64,000 bases of DNA, taken from positions 352,001-416,000 of the forward strand of contig OZ244561.1 of assembly GCA_965217585.1 (NCBI GenBank), in the 5' to 3' direction. Positions 44,061-52,934 of this stretch are shown here, piece after piece. Position 1 is the first letter of the stretch. The number at the start of each line of letters is the position of its first letter. The notes under the pieces are model-generated. The model was not told where the DNA came from and did no database searches. It worked only from the letters and a program-made list of their open reading frames with translations. This DNA is from Candidatus Latescibacterota bacterium. Lineage in GTDB: Bacteria; Latescibacterota; UBA2968; UBA8231. A program made the position numbers and the translations under genes.

Positions 44061-44948
44061 ATGGCACGCCATATCATGGTCGCTACTCTAGCGTTCACCC
44101 TGATCGCGGGAGGTAGCGTATCCGCACATTCCCCCGAAGACGAAATCTTTAGCGCCTTCCAGTGGCCCCCCGGTCTCGAGCCCGTAATGGACGGAGTTGG
44201 CAATGAGTACGGTATCATTCCCGACCCCTACTGGCAGACCACGGAACAATTTCCCGACACCCAAGGAGGCAGGGATATTGACCCGTCGAATTTCGACGCC
44301 AAGGCCACGATAACCTATAGTCTCGGCACCAACTTGATCTACGCGTACAGCGAGGTGTTCGACGACATCAGCATACCGCCCGACACCTGGCAGTTCATGA
44401 TTGATGCCGACCACAGCGGTGGCGATTGCTATCCCGACACCGACGACAATGCTCGTTGGCACGCCTCCGCTTGCCAGCAGTACGAGGTCTACAACCACAT
44501 TCCCGGCGAGGAGGGAGACGATCCCGTCCACTTCTTCTGGGGGACCGCCACCTGGCTGCCCGAGGAGGGCTGGTACAACATAACATGCACCTTTGACGGC
44601 GAGAAAGACGGTGCGGGCACGGTCTACAGGGAAGTGCAGTTTATGCCCCTCGACGACCTCAACTCTCCTGCTGGACCAGGGGAGTCCGTCACCCACACCC
44701 TAGCTGAGGGCGAGATCATAGGGCTCGGGTACAACTGGATGGACTACGACGAAGTGGGCCGCGAGGTTCAGGGGGGCGGCTGGCAGGCCTTCTACAACCT
44801 GAGCCAGCACGACCGGATGTACCGCAGCGGCGACGGTGCCTGCGACTTCTTCCTGGCACCCGTGGATGAGACGGTCGACTTCAGCGCGATGCCCACCGCG
44901 GTCGAAGCCACGACCTGGGGCCGGATAAAGACCGGATTCGTCCAGTAG
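44061..44948 (+). CDS. Secreted acidic CBM9/DOMON-like protein with C-terminal TAVEATTWGRIK motif
   Basis: AAAGGA RBS and signal peptide. MDG, IYAYSEVFDD, MIDADHSGG, WMDYD. Paralog of 29346-30251. Confidence 0.78.
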   Translation: MARHIMVATLAFTLIAGGSVSAHSPEDEIFSAFQWPPGLEPVMDGVGNEYGIIPDPYWQTTEQFPDTQGGRDIDPSNFDAKATITYSLGTNLIYAYSEVFDDISIPPDTWQFMIDADHSGGDCYPDTDDNARWHASACQQYEVYNHIPGEEGDDPVHFFWGTATWLPEEGWYNITCTFDGEKDGAGTVYREVQFMPLDDLNSPAGPGESVTHTLAEGEIIGLGYNWMDYDEVGREVQGGGWQAFYNLSQHDRMYRSGDGACDFFLAPVDETVDFSAMPTAVEATTWGRIKTGFVQ

Positions 44949-44984
44949 AGTCATCCTTCACGCCCGAGGAGATAGCCATTTTCT

Positions 44985-45018
44985 GCCGCCTAGCACATAT
45001 CCCAATGTGCTAGGCGGC
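44985..45018 (+). terminator. 14-bp hairpin after the TTWGRIK gene (terminator or mRNA-stabilising stem, no U-tract)
   Basis: GCCGCCTAGCACAT/ATGTGCTAGGCGGC. Confidence 0.55.
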
Positions 45019-45044
45019 CTCCTATAAGCTGAAGAGTTTCACGG

Positions 45045-46994
45045 ATGCGGCTGCCACACTCAATCCTCTTGGCGACACTGATCCCATCCCTGGCTTGGGG
45101 GCTCACCATATATCGCATCGGCGGCAATCCGGATTACGACCATCCGCTGGTAGACAGTACGGGGGTAGAGATCGTCAAGCTGACTTGGGAGGAGTTCGCC
45201 CAAGATCCCAAGCTGGAGGCGTGGGGAGTGCGCGCCAGCCAAGAGGGAAAACTCGTGCCTGTATTCGTCAATCCAGACGAGAATCTGTCCCTCGGCGCTA
45301 TCGAGAGGGGTGAGGGCAAAAAATTCTATCCCGAACAGAGATTTGGGTCGTCGGATGGCGCGGGGCCCCGGGGCCACAAGTACGGGACGATTGCCAAAAA
45401 CGATTTCACCAACTGGACCGTGGACGGCGATCCAGCCACCTATATGTGGCCGTCTGATCTGCTCACCGACCGACTGAACCCCAAGCTCGTCATGTTCCTC
45501 GGCGCTACTTTTCCAGTGAATCGGGTTGTGGTCTATCCCCGTCCAGATCATCCCGAGCGCTACGTCGAGGACTATACCCTGTACGCGTGGCGCAAGGGCC
45601 AAGTCATGGGGCTGCACCGCAATTCGGGCGACGGACAAATATTGGCGCGGGGCCGAGAAAATCGAGATCCCGTCATTGACATGAGGTTTCCCACCATGAT
45701 CGTCGATCGGCTCATGTTCAATATCGACAACTTCGACGAGCCGTACATGGCGAACCGAATATGGGAAATAGCCGAGTTCGAAATATACGGCGAGGGCTAC
45801 GTGCCCAAGGGATTGTACATTTCCAAGGCCCTTGAACTGGACGCCGTGTCCAGTCTGGGCGGAATCCGCTTTTTCGGCTCCAAGGACCGCGACGCCAAGT
45901 TGCGGATTCGCACCCGCAGCGGCAGCGACGAAGACCCCGACCGCTACTGGCGCCTCACCGGTCGCGGCGACGAAAAGAGTTTTCTCAAGGACAACGGTCA
46001 GCCGCTGACACTCTCGGATTACAATAACCTGCAGGGCGGCAAGGGCGGCATCACCACGGACTTGGACAACTGGAGCTTCTGGTCGGGACCCTACGATCTC
46101 GCCGACAGTCTGGGGGCCCCAATTACCTCCCCGAGTCCGCGGAAGTTTTTCCAGCTGCAGGTCGAATTCTTGCCCCAAGGTCTGGACGGAGCCGGAGTGG
46201 ATTTTATCGAGTTTCACATCACGCAACCGCCGGTGGCTGGACGCGTGATCGGAGAAATTTGGCCCACCGAGGTGGCACCAGGCCAAGAGACCCCCTTCGT
46301 CTATGCCATGCTGCCGACCTTTTCCGGAGGCGAGGGCGGGTTTGATCGGATCGTGCTGGAGACGACCGGACAGTTCACCGGCGTGGATTCAGTCCGCATC
46401 AACGAGGAGCGGTTGGAAGATCTAGAATGGGGATTACTCGCACCGCTCGAAGACCAGCGGCTAGTGCTGTCACTGCCGCGGATAGACCGGACCAAGAGCG
46501 GCAGACTAGTGGAGGTCTTCTTTCAGGGACGGGCATTCCGCTTCGGCACAATATTCTCCGGGCAGGTTTTCGACGATCAACGGCCTCTCGAAGTAGGGCA
46601 GTTCGTCGAGGACGGAGATGCGACCTTCCGACTGGACAGCAACCAACGCTCCGTGGGCATTGCGCTGAACGGCAATATCGTCAGCAAGGTGGTAGCGAAT
46701 CCGCGGGTGGTGACACCCAATGACGACGGGGTCAACGACCAAGTGCGCATCGAGTACACGTTGCTGGAACTGGCGGGCGTCGGAGAGGTGAAAGTGAGTA
46801 TATTCGATCTGGCGGGCCACCAAGTACGCCAAGTTTACCAGGGAGAGGACAGCAGCGGCCGACACGCGCAACTATGGGACGGGCTGGACGAAGACGATCA
46901 GGTAGTGGCGCCTGGGATATATCTGTATCGGGTGCAAGTAGACACGGATGCGGGACAGGAAGAGCGCAATGGTCTGGTTGCGGTAGTTTTTTAG
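45045..46994 (+). CDS. Secreted discoidin-like protein with FlgD/CHU_C-like C-terminal domain (subtype III)
   Basis: WGLTIYRIGG, WTVDGDPAT, WEIAEFEIYGEGYVP, RTRSGSDEDPDRYW, TPNDDGVND, WDG.D. Confidence 0.82.
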   Translation: MRLPHSILLATLIPSLAWGLTIYRIGGNPDYDHPLVDSTGVEIVKLTWEEFAQDPKLEAWGVRASQEGKLVPVFVNPDENLSLGAIERGEGKKFYPEQRFGSSDGAGPRGHKYGTIAKNDFTNWTVDGDPATYMWPSDLLTDRLNPKLVMFLGATFPVNRVVVYPRPDHPERYVEDYTLYAWRKGQVMGLHRNSGDGQILARGRENRDPVIDMRFPTMIVDRLMFNIDNFDEPYMANRIWEIAEFEIYGEGYVPKGLYISKALELDAVSSLGGIRFFGSKDRDAKLRIRTRSGSDEDPDRYWRLTGRGDEKSFLKDNGQPLTLSDYNNLQGGKGGITTDLDNWSFWSGPYDLADSLGAPITSPSPRKFFQLQVEFLPQGLDGAGVDFIEFHITQPPVAGRVIGEIWPTEVAPGQETPFVYAMLPTFSGGEGGFDRIVLETTGQFTGVDSVRINEERLEDLEWGLLAPLEDQRLVLSLPRIDRTKSGRLVEVFFQGRAFRFGTIFSGQVFDDQRPLEVGQFVEDGDATFRLDSNQRSVGIALNGNIVSKVVANPRVVTPNDDGVNDQVRIEYTLLELAGVGEVKVSIFDLAGHQVRQVYQGEDSSGRHAQLWDGLDEDDQVVAPGIYLYRVQVDTDAGQEERNGLVAVVF

Positions 46995-47132
46995 AGCCTC
47001 TACCTCTGGTACATTTTTGCTTTTTTGCGCAGATCTGCTACCGGCACTCCACTCCCTCTTCTATTCGCGCCTATCGCTAACCAGCCGCGCCCAAAGCAAA
47101 ACCTATACGGATTTCTCTGAGGGAGGGTACAA

Positions 47133-47999
47133 ATGGACAATTTTCATCTCAGATGGTGGGGCTGCGGTGCGTTCGACGTCCTCCTCGACGACGTCAACAT
47201 CGCCTTCGATCCCTATCTATTCGGCGAAAATCTCGCCAGGGCCGAACCCCTTTACGACTATATTTTCATAAGCCACGAGCACTTCGACCACTGCCATCCC
47301 AAAACCCTGCGCAAGCTCTGTCAAGGCGATCGCTTTAAGAAGCTCTTCGTCCCCATTGGCTGCTTGACTCCCAACGAGCCCATTGACGAGAATTACGGCG
47401 ATGCGGCCTTCGCCCGCGATCTGCCCATCACCAAGCACATCCCGGCGGACCTGGTACAAGTGGCCTATCCCCATCCCAGGTACATGGTGGACGACAAACG
47501 CAGCTTTCCCGGTCCCTTTGAATTCGACTTGGGGCCGATCCACGTGGAGGTGATCGAAAGCGGAGAAAGCGCCCGACCCGACCTCCCCACCTGCGGTTAT
47601 CTAGTCACGCACGCGGAAAAGGATCTCTCCTTTTACCACACCGGCGATTTGGGCTCTGTATTCCCGGCGTTGGAAAAACTGAAGGGACGGGTGGACTACC
47701 TCATCCACATGAAGACGCCCCTCGGCAAACTAGTCGACTGTGTCGAGCCCAAATTCGTCGTTCCCACGCACTACCGCACCGACCGCGAGACCGAGCCCAT
47801 TCCCGCGGGGCACTGGCCGCCCAATCTGACTGATGTCAACGCCTTTCTCGAAGACTTGAGAGAACAAGTCGCCGGCCGAGCCAAACTCCTTCCCTTTACC
47901 GCCCCCATTCTATATGAAGTAGAAATGCCGCAAAAAAAAGTAAAGTGGCAGTGGCAGTGGTCCAATTCTTGGACCGTTCCCCTATGGCGGGAAGGCTAA
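47133..47999 (+). CDS. Metallo-beta-lactamase-fold hydrolase
   Basis: DPYL, SHEHFDH, YHTGD, VPTHY. Confidence 0.9.
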   Translation: MDNFHLRWWGCGAFDVLLDDVNIAFDPYLFGENLARAEPLYDYIFISHEHFDHCHPKTLRKLCQGDRFKKLFVPIGCLTPNEPIDENYGDAAFARDLPITKHIPADLVQVAYPHPRYMVDDKRSFPGPFEFDLGPIHVEVIESGESARPDLPTCGYLVTHAEKDLSFYHTGDLGSVFPALEKLKGRVDYLIHMKTPLGKLVDCVEPKFVVPTHYRTDRETEPIPAGHWPPNLTDVNAFLEDLREQVAGRAKLLPFTAPILYEVEMPQKKVKWQWQWSNSWTVPLWREG

Positions 48000-48011
48000 A
48001 GAGGCCGCTGG

Positions 48012-50117
48012 ATGAAGATTTGTTTCTTCCTCGCGGTTGCGCTTTCGTGGTCGGCTGCCCTGGCACAGACCATCACCGTTGGCCAAGGTCCGCGCCAGTG
48101 GCAGGACGGAGGCGGAGGGCTTGACCCGCAGTTCCCCGTATCGACCACCGAACTCGCCACCGGCAACACCCCGGGCGGCGTCATCGATTTCGCGTTCGAA
48201 TCCGGGTGGATCTTCCTGGAGCAGATCGATCCCGGCAGGAATCTGGCTTTGGGTGCGGAGGACAGAGGGGGGGGAATGAACTCTCCCCTGCCCTCGATCT
48301 CCGATAAAGCGCTGGAGGCCATGATAGACGGCAAGCCGGAAACCGCTTTTCGCCGCAAGGCTACGACGGCCGGAGAGTTAGTCATCGCCCGCGGCATCAT
48401 CATGGATTTGGATCTGGGCGCGCGCTTTGGCGTCAACCGGATCCGGTTCTTTCCGCGCAACACAGTGCGCGAGGCCCGGGAGTTCAAGTTCGAAAACGAC
48501 TTCATGCGAGGCTACTCCCTGGCCCTGAACGACGGCAGCGAGGAGACCTCTGTAGAGGGCCGACCTCAGTACCTCAATCTCATAAGGGTGGAGGACAATA
48601 TCGAAGCGGTCGTCGATCTGGAAATCCCGCTCCAGTACGTGCGCTTTATCCGGCTGAAGTCGGAGTCGAATATCGGTTTCGAGGTCGACGAAATCGAGAC
48701 CTACGGCTCTGGTTTCGTGCCCGAAGCCCAGTACCTGTCCGACATCTTCGACCTGGAGGATCTGGCCATCTGGGGCAACCTGCGCTGGGCCGAGCGCCGC
48801 GAAGGTGTACCCGGGCTTTCGGCTATCCGCGTTTTCACGCGCTCGGGCCGGGACGAAACGCCCTACGTCTTCAACCGGCTGAACGCCAATCAGCTAGGCG
48901 TGCCTTGGAAGGCGGATGCCGAAGTCGACGAAATCCTCCTGGACGCCCTGCCCGTTGACGAGGCTTTTGACCTGTTCAATTCCCAGCCCCAAGCGACTAG
49001 GCAAAACCTCATTCTCTCCCAAGCCGACTACGAAGGTCTAGCAGACCAGCAAAAAGCACCCTTGAGAGACGACGTGATCAACTGGAGCACTTGGTCTCCC
49101 CCCTATCCGGCAGAGGGGCGGAGTGCGGTGGGGACCCCCATCATCTCGCCTGGACCGCGGCGCTACTTCCAGTTCAGAATCGACTTTGCCAGCCGCGACC
49201 TGAGTTCGGGCAGCGGCGTTGATTCCCTGTCCTTCGACTTTGCCAGCCCAGTGCCGGCCGAGCGCATCGTCGGCGAAATTTTTCCCAGGGATGTGCCGGC
49301 CGGAGAGGTGGTGGAATTCACCTATGGAATCTGGGCCGGTCTCCGGCCGCAGGACACTAGCTTCAATCGCTTTGAGATAGCCACGCCGAGCATACTCGAA
49401 GAGATCGGCCGGATAGAGCTGCGCGATGCGCAGGACAATCTCATCCAAGGAGAGGATCTCGCGGTCCTACTTAGCGAGATACAGCCCCCCTTTATCAAGG
49501 GCGATTTCAGTATCGAGAGCACGGCGGACGGCCGCGTCGTCGTCGGTTTTCCGGAATTGACCAACGGCGATCTGCTCAAGATCACCTTCAAAACCTCGGT
49601 CCTGAGATTTGGGCAGACCTTTGCCGGCCGCGCCTGGCTCGCGGACCCGGCGAGCCAAGAAGGTGCCCAGCTACCTCAGCAAGTCGTGCCGGGCAACGCC
49701 GCCCAGCTAGCGCCAGATGATGTGGATCCGCGCCCGGTGGGCAGCGAAGATCTGACCTTGGTGGATAATAGCCTCTCGGTGCGCACGGCCATAGAGGGTT
49801 CGCTGCTCGGCCAGATCCGGGCAGTACCCCCAACCTTCACGCCCAACGGGGACGGGGTCAATGATACCACGGTTATCCACTACGACGTGCTGCGGCTGGG
49901 CGTGGCCGCCCCGCTGAGGGTAGAGATCTATGACCTGAGCGGCCGCTCAATCGCCGCCTTCGCCGGCGACCGGGCGAGCGGCCGCTTCTCGAGTTCGTGG
50001 GACGGGATCGATTCGAACGGCAACGCAGTGCCGCCCGGCATCTATCTATTCCGCGTTTTCCTCGACACCAATGCAGGCTCTGACGCAAAGACCGGGGTCG
50101 TTGGGGTGGTGTACTGA
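48012..50117 (+). CDS. Secreted discoidin-like protein with FlgD/CHU_C-like C-terminal domain (subtype II)
   Basis: Signal peptide; LDLGARFGVNRIRFFPR, RGYSLALNDG, EIETYGSGFVP, SPGPRRYFQ, FTPNGDGVND, WDG.D. Confidence 0.82.
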   Translation: MKICFFLAVALSWSAALAQTITVGQGPRQWQDGGGGLDPQFPVSTTELATGNTPGGVIDFAFESGWIFLEQIDPGRNLALGAEDRGGGMNSPLPSISDKALEAMIDGKPETAFRRKATTAGELVIARGIIMDLDLGARFGVNRIRFFPRNTVREAREFKFENDFMRGYSLALNDGSEETSVEGRPQYLNLIRVEDNIEAVVDLEIPLQYVRFIRLKSESNIGFEVDEIETYGSGFVPEAQYLSDIFDLEDLAIWGNLRWAERREGVPGLSAIRVFTRSGRDETPYVFNRLNANQLGVPWKADAEVDEILLDALPVDEAFDLFNSQPQATRQNLILSQADYEGLADQQKAPLRDDVINWSTWSPPYPAEGRSAVGTPIISPGPRRYFQFRIDFASRDLSSGSGVDSLSFDFASPVPAERIVGEIFPRDVPAGEVVEFTYGIWAGLRPQDTSFNRFEIATPSILEEIGRIELRDAQDNLIQGEDLAVLLSEIQPPFIKGDFSIESTADGRVVVGFPELTNGDLLKITFKTSVLRFGQTFAGRAWLADPASQEGAQLPQQVVPGNAAQLAPDDVDPRPVGSEDLTLVDNSLSVRTAIEGSLLGQIRAVPPTFTPNGDGVNDTTVIHYDVLRLGVAAPLRVEIYDLSGRSIAAFAGDRASGRFSSSWDGIDSNGNAVPPGIYLFRVFLDTNAGSDAKTGVVGVVY

Positions 50118-50178
50118 AATTTTCGGGTGCGCTCCACGCAGATCACTGACAAAGGCAATACCTGTGGAGGGATTCTCT

Positions 50179-52920
50179 ATGCGTAGCAAACACTGGTTGA
50201 CTCATCTGCTGGCAGGCGGGCTACTCCTCGCGTGCCTAGATGGGGTCTGGGCGCAGGATTACGGCACCCGCTTGGGGGTGCAGCGCGGGGGTCGAGTCTC
50301 GTACGAACCGCAGGGACCGGGCGTGCTCTTTGGCGCTCTGGATCCCACGGTCAAGCGCTGGTATGTGCCCCAAGAACTCTACAACGAGTACCGCTGGCAG
50401 ACGTGGCAGTACACCAACTACGCGCGCGACAATTACCAGCGCTATGTATCCACGGCCCTCGAAGGCGATTACCTCTATGACCTGTACGGCAACTTCGTCA
50501 CTCAGGGCTGGCTGATTTACGACATGCGCCGACAACAGCCTTCAGAGTTCGGCAGCACGGTTTTTAAAGACAGTCGTTACGGCGGCTGGTTCAACCGCGT
50601 CCTCATCGCTTCGGACACCAAGGACCAGTACCACTACGCCGTGACTATCGGAGACCGCATCCGCACGACCCTGACGCCCCTGACCTTCTCGAAACCGGCC
50701 TTCAGCGGCATCCAAGCCGACTTCGCCTCAGACAAGTACCAAGCCACGGTCCTCATGTCGCGCATCAGCAATCCCAACCCTCCTACCAGCGTCGGGGTGA
50801 CGGGCATAACCAATACCACCGACTTCGTCGGCGGCCAGCTCACCAGCCAACTCGGCGATTTTGTCACCGTGGGCGCCACCTACCTCAACGCCCATCACTC
50901 TAATACCCTGCTGGAGAGCTTTGTCGGCAGCCGCTTTAGGGGCGACCTCACCGTCGACCAGAACGGCACCGCCATCAATCGGATCGAAATCGTGCTCGAA
51001 GACGACTCGCCTGAAGACGGAGAAGGCGGGGCCGCGCTGTTCTCGCAGAATGTCATCATCACATCGGTCGAGGACTTCGGGACCCTCGGCCGCGAGACCG
51101 TCACCGGCAAGGAGATCAACTTTGTCCCCCTCATCCAGGGCGGTTTTCAACGGCAGGGTTTTCTCGCCGCCGACGGGGATGAGAGCATCCGCCTGATCTA
51201 CGATTTCTCCGACCGCTCGTACTCGGGACCCGATCCGGCGACCATCGTCGAGGTCAGCTTCGAATTAGTGCTGGCCAACGACTACAAGGTGTCGATGACC
51301 TCGAACAACCAGCTCGACAAAAGAGAAACCCCACATCCACTGGAGATTGCCCGGGCCGACGGCAATGTGCGCGACACTTCAAACCAGCAGGTGGTGCGCT
51401 TCGCTTACGGTCTGCCCACGGCCAACCAGATTTTCGGCTTTCACCTGAAAACGACCAATCTACTCGGTTTCGACACCTACGCCGAATACGCCGTCAACCA
51501 CCAGTTCCGCAAGTATCCCAACTCCACTTTGGGTGAGCTGAACGAGGAACACGAGTCGGCCGCTAGGCGGGCGGAGGCCTGGATAGTCAATGTGTCGAGG
51601 AGTGAATATCCCTTGTTCGCGTACGGCGAGGCCTTCAGCATGGAAAGGCACTATGCGACCAGTATTTTCCTCAGCGACCAACGAGGCTCTTTTGACTACT
51701 CGACTAGGACTAGGTTATTCGAATTCGTCGAAGACAACGACGACCAAGACCGCATCCCCGACTGGGGGCGCTCGAACCAGATTGGCCCCGACATTGAGGT
51801 CTTCCCGGGCTGGGACGAGAACAACGACTTCATCAACGACTTCAACCAGAACGACAATCGGGTGCGGGAAAACCAAATTCCCGACTACGAAGAGCCTTTT
51901 TTGCGCTATCACAGCGATCGCCCCGAATTCCTCTTCGGCATCGACTTGAACAACAACGGCTGGATCGACCGCTTTGAGAACGACGAGCAGCCCGACTTTC
52001 CCTACAAGAGGGACCACCGAGGGTACAATGCGTATGGCGGCATCCATTTGATGCCGGAAGCGCGCTTGACCGTGGGGCGCACTCGGCAGTGGCTGCTCTC
52101 CGCGAATCAGCGCAACGAAACCAATTACGCGCTTTTCACTTTTGACCGGGACATCGCCGGCTTTGGGCGCATACGGGTTTTCAACTTCCTGAAAAAGGCG
52201 CGCGACAACATAGCCGACGACCGCATCGCGCCCCTACCCTATTTCAAAGGGCCGCAATTGCCCGTCAAGGACATCCTGCCAGCGCAGGACACCTATATCA
52301 ATACCCTGTGGCTGGGATTTGACTACACCGGCATCCCCTTCTTAAAGGTGGAGAACAAGCTCAAGTACGAAATCCTGCACCAGTTGCTCGCGGAGGAGGC
52401 CCTGGCCGAGCAGAGCGCCCGCAAGGACGCGCGCTTTTTCGGCCTGATCAACAAAGCCGCGTATTCGCTGAACCTACTGGGCGTGAATTTTCTGCCGCGA
52501 GTTAAGAGCGAGTACCTAGTGGATCAGCCCTTTCTCAGGACGGAAGACAAACGCAAACAGTGGTCGCCGAGTTTCTTTCTCATCACCCGTCTGCCACTGA
52601 TGCCGCACACCCAACTCGAGGCTGGCCTAGAACAGAGTTTCAAATGGGAGTTGCGAGCCGCCGAGGACGAACTGGTGGATTTGCAGGCCGAGGGAGTGGA
52701 GACCGGCGATTTCGGCGAGACTATCTTTGCGGTCCAGACCACCAATACCACCAACTATCTGGGCTACAAGTTGGTCACCCAACTCGGGTTTCTGTACGAG
52801 CGCAGAAGTCTGGAAGTGGTGAAAAAAAGGGCCGTGGCAGGCGCTGAAGACGTCTTCGAACTGGGGGATCGGATGGCGACGGGTTTCACCACCTTTATCA
52901 CGATTTACGCCGGCCTCTAG
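50179..52920 (+). CDS. Large secreted Asp/Asn-rich putative outer-membrane beta-barrel protein (paralog 2)
   Basis: GGAGG RBS, signal peptide, QDYGTRLG. Family motifs as in the 18889 gene. Ends FITIYAGL. Confidence 0.72.
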   Translation: MRSKHWLTHLLAGGLLLACLDGVWAQDYGTRLGVQRGGRVSYEPQGPGVLFGALDPTVKRWYVPQELYNEYRWQTWQYTNYARDNYQRYVSTALEGDYLYDLYGNFVTQGWLIYDMRRQQPSEFGSTVFKDSRYGGWFNRVLIASDTKDQYHYAVTIGDRIRTTLTPLTFSKPAFSGIQADFASDKYQATVLMSRISNPNPPTSVGVTGITNTTDFVGGQLTSQLGDFVTVGATYLNAHHSNTLLESFVGSRFRGDLTVDQNGTAINRIEIVLEDDSPEDGEGGAALFSQNVIITSVEDFGTLGRETVTGKEINFVPLIQGGFQRQGFLAADGDESIRLIYDFSDRSYSGPDPATIVEVSFELVLANDYKVSMTSNNQLDKRETPHPLEIARADGNVRDTSNQQVVRFAYGLPTANQIFGFHLKTTNLLGFDTYAEYAVNHQFRKYPNSTLGELNEEHESAARRAEAWIVNVSRSEYPLFAYGEAFSMERHYATSIFLSDQRGSFDYSTRTRLFEFVEDNDDQDRIPDWGRSNQIGPDIEVFPGWDENNDFINDFNQNDNRVRENQIPDYEEPFLRYHSDRPEFLFGIDLNNNGWIDRFENDEQPDFPYKRDHRGYNAYGGIHLMPEARLTVGRTRQWLLSANQRNETNYALFTFDRDIAGFGRIRVFNFLKKARDNIADDRIAPLPYFKGPQLPVKDILPAQDTYINTLWLGFDYTGIPFLKVENKLKYEILHQLLAEEALAEQSARKDARFFGLINKAAYSLNLLGVNFLPRVKSEYLVDQPFLRTEDKRKQWSPSFFLITRLPLMPHTQLEAGLEQSFKWELRAAEDELVDLQAEGVETGDFGETIFAVQTTNTTNYLGYKLVTQLGFLYERRSLEVVKKRAVAGAEDVFELGDRMATGFTTFITIYAGL

Positions 52921-52934
52921 CCGAGGGTTGAGCC

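Noticed and set aside
45060-46286. 408-aa minus-strand ORF
   Set aside because: Antisense to a CTD-family gene and has no recognisable motifs.
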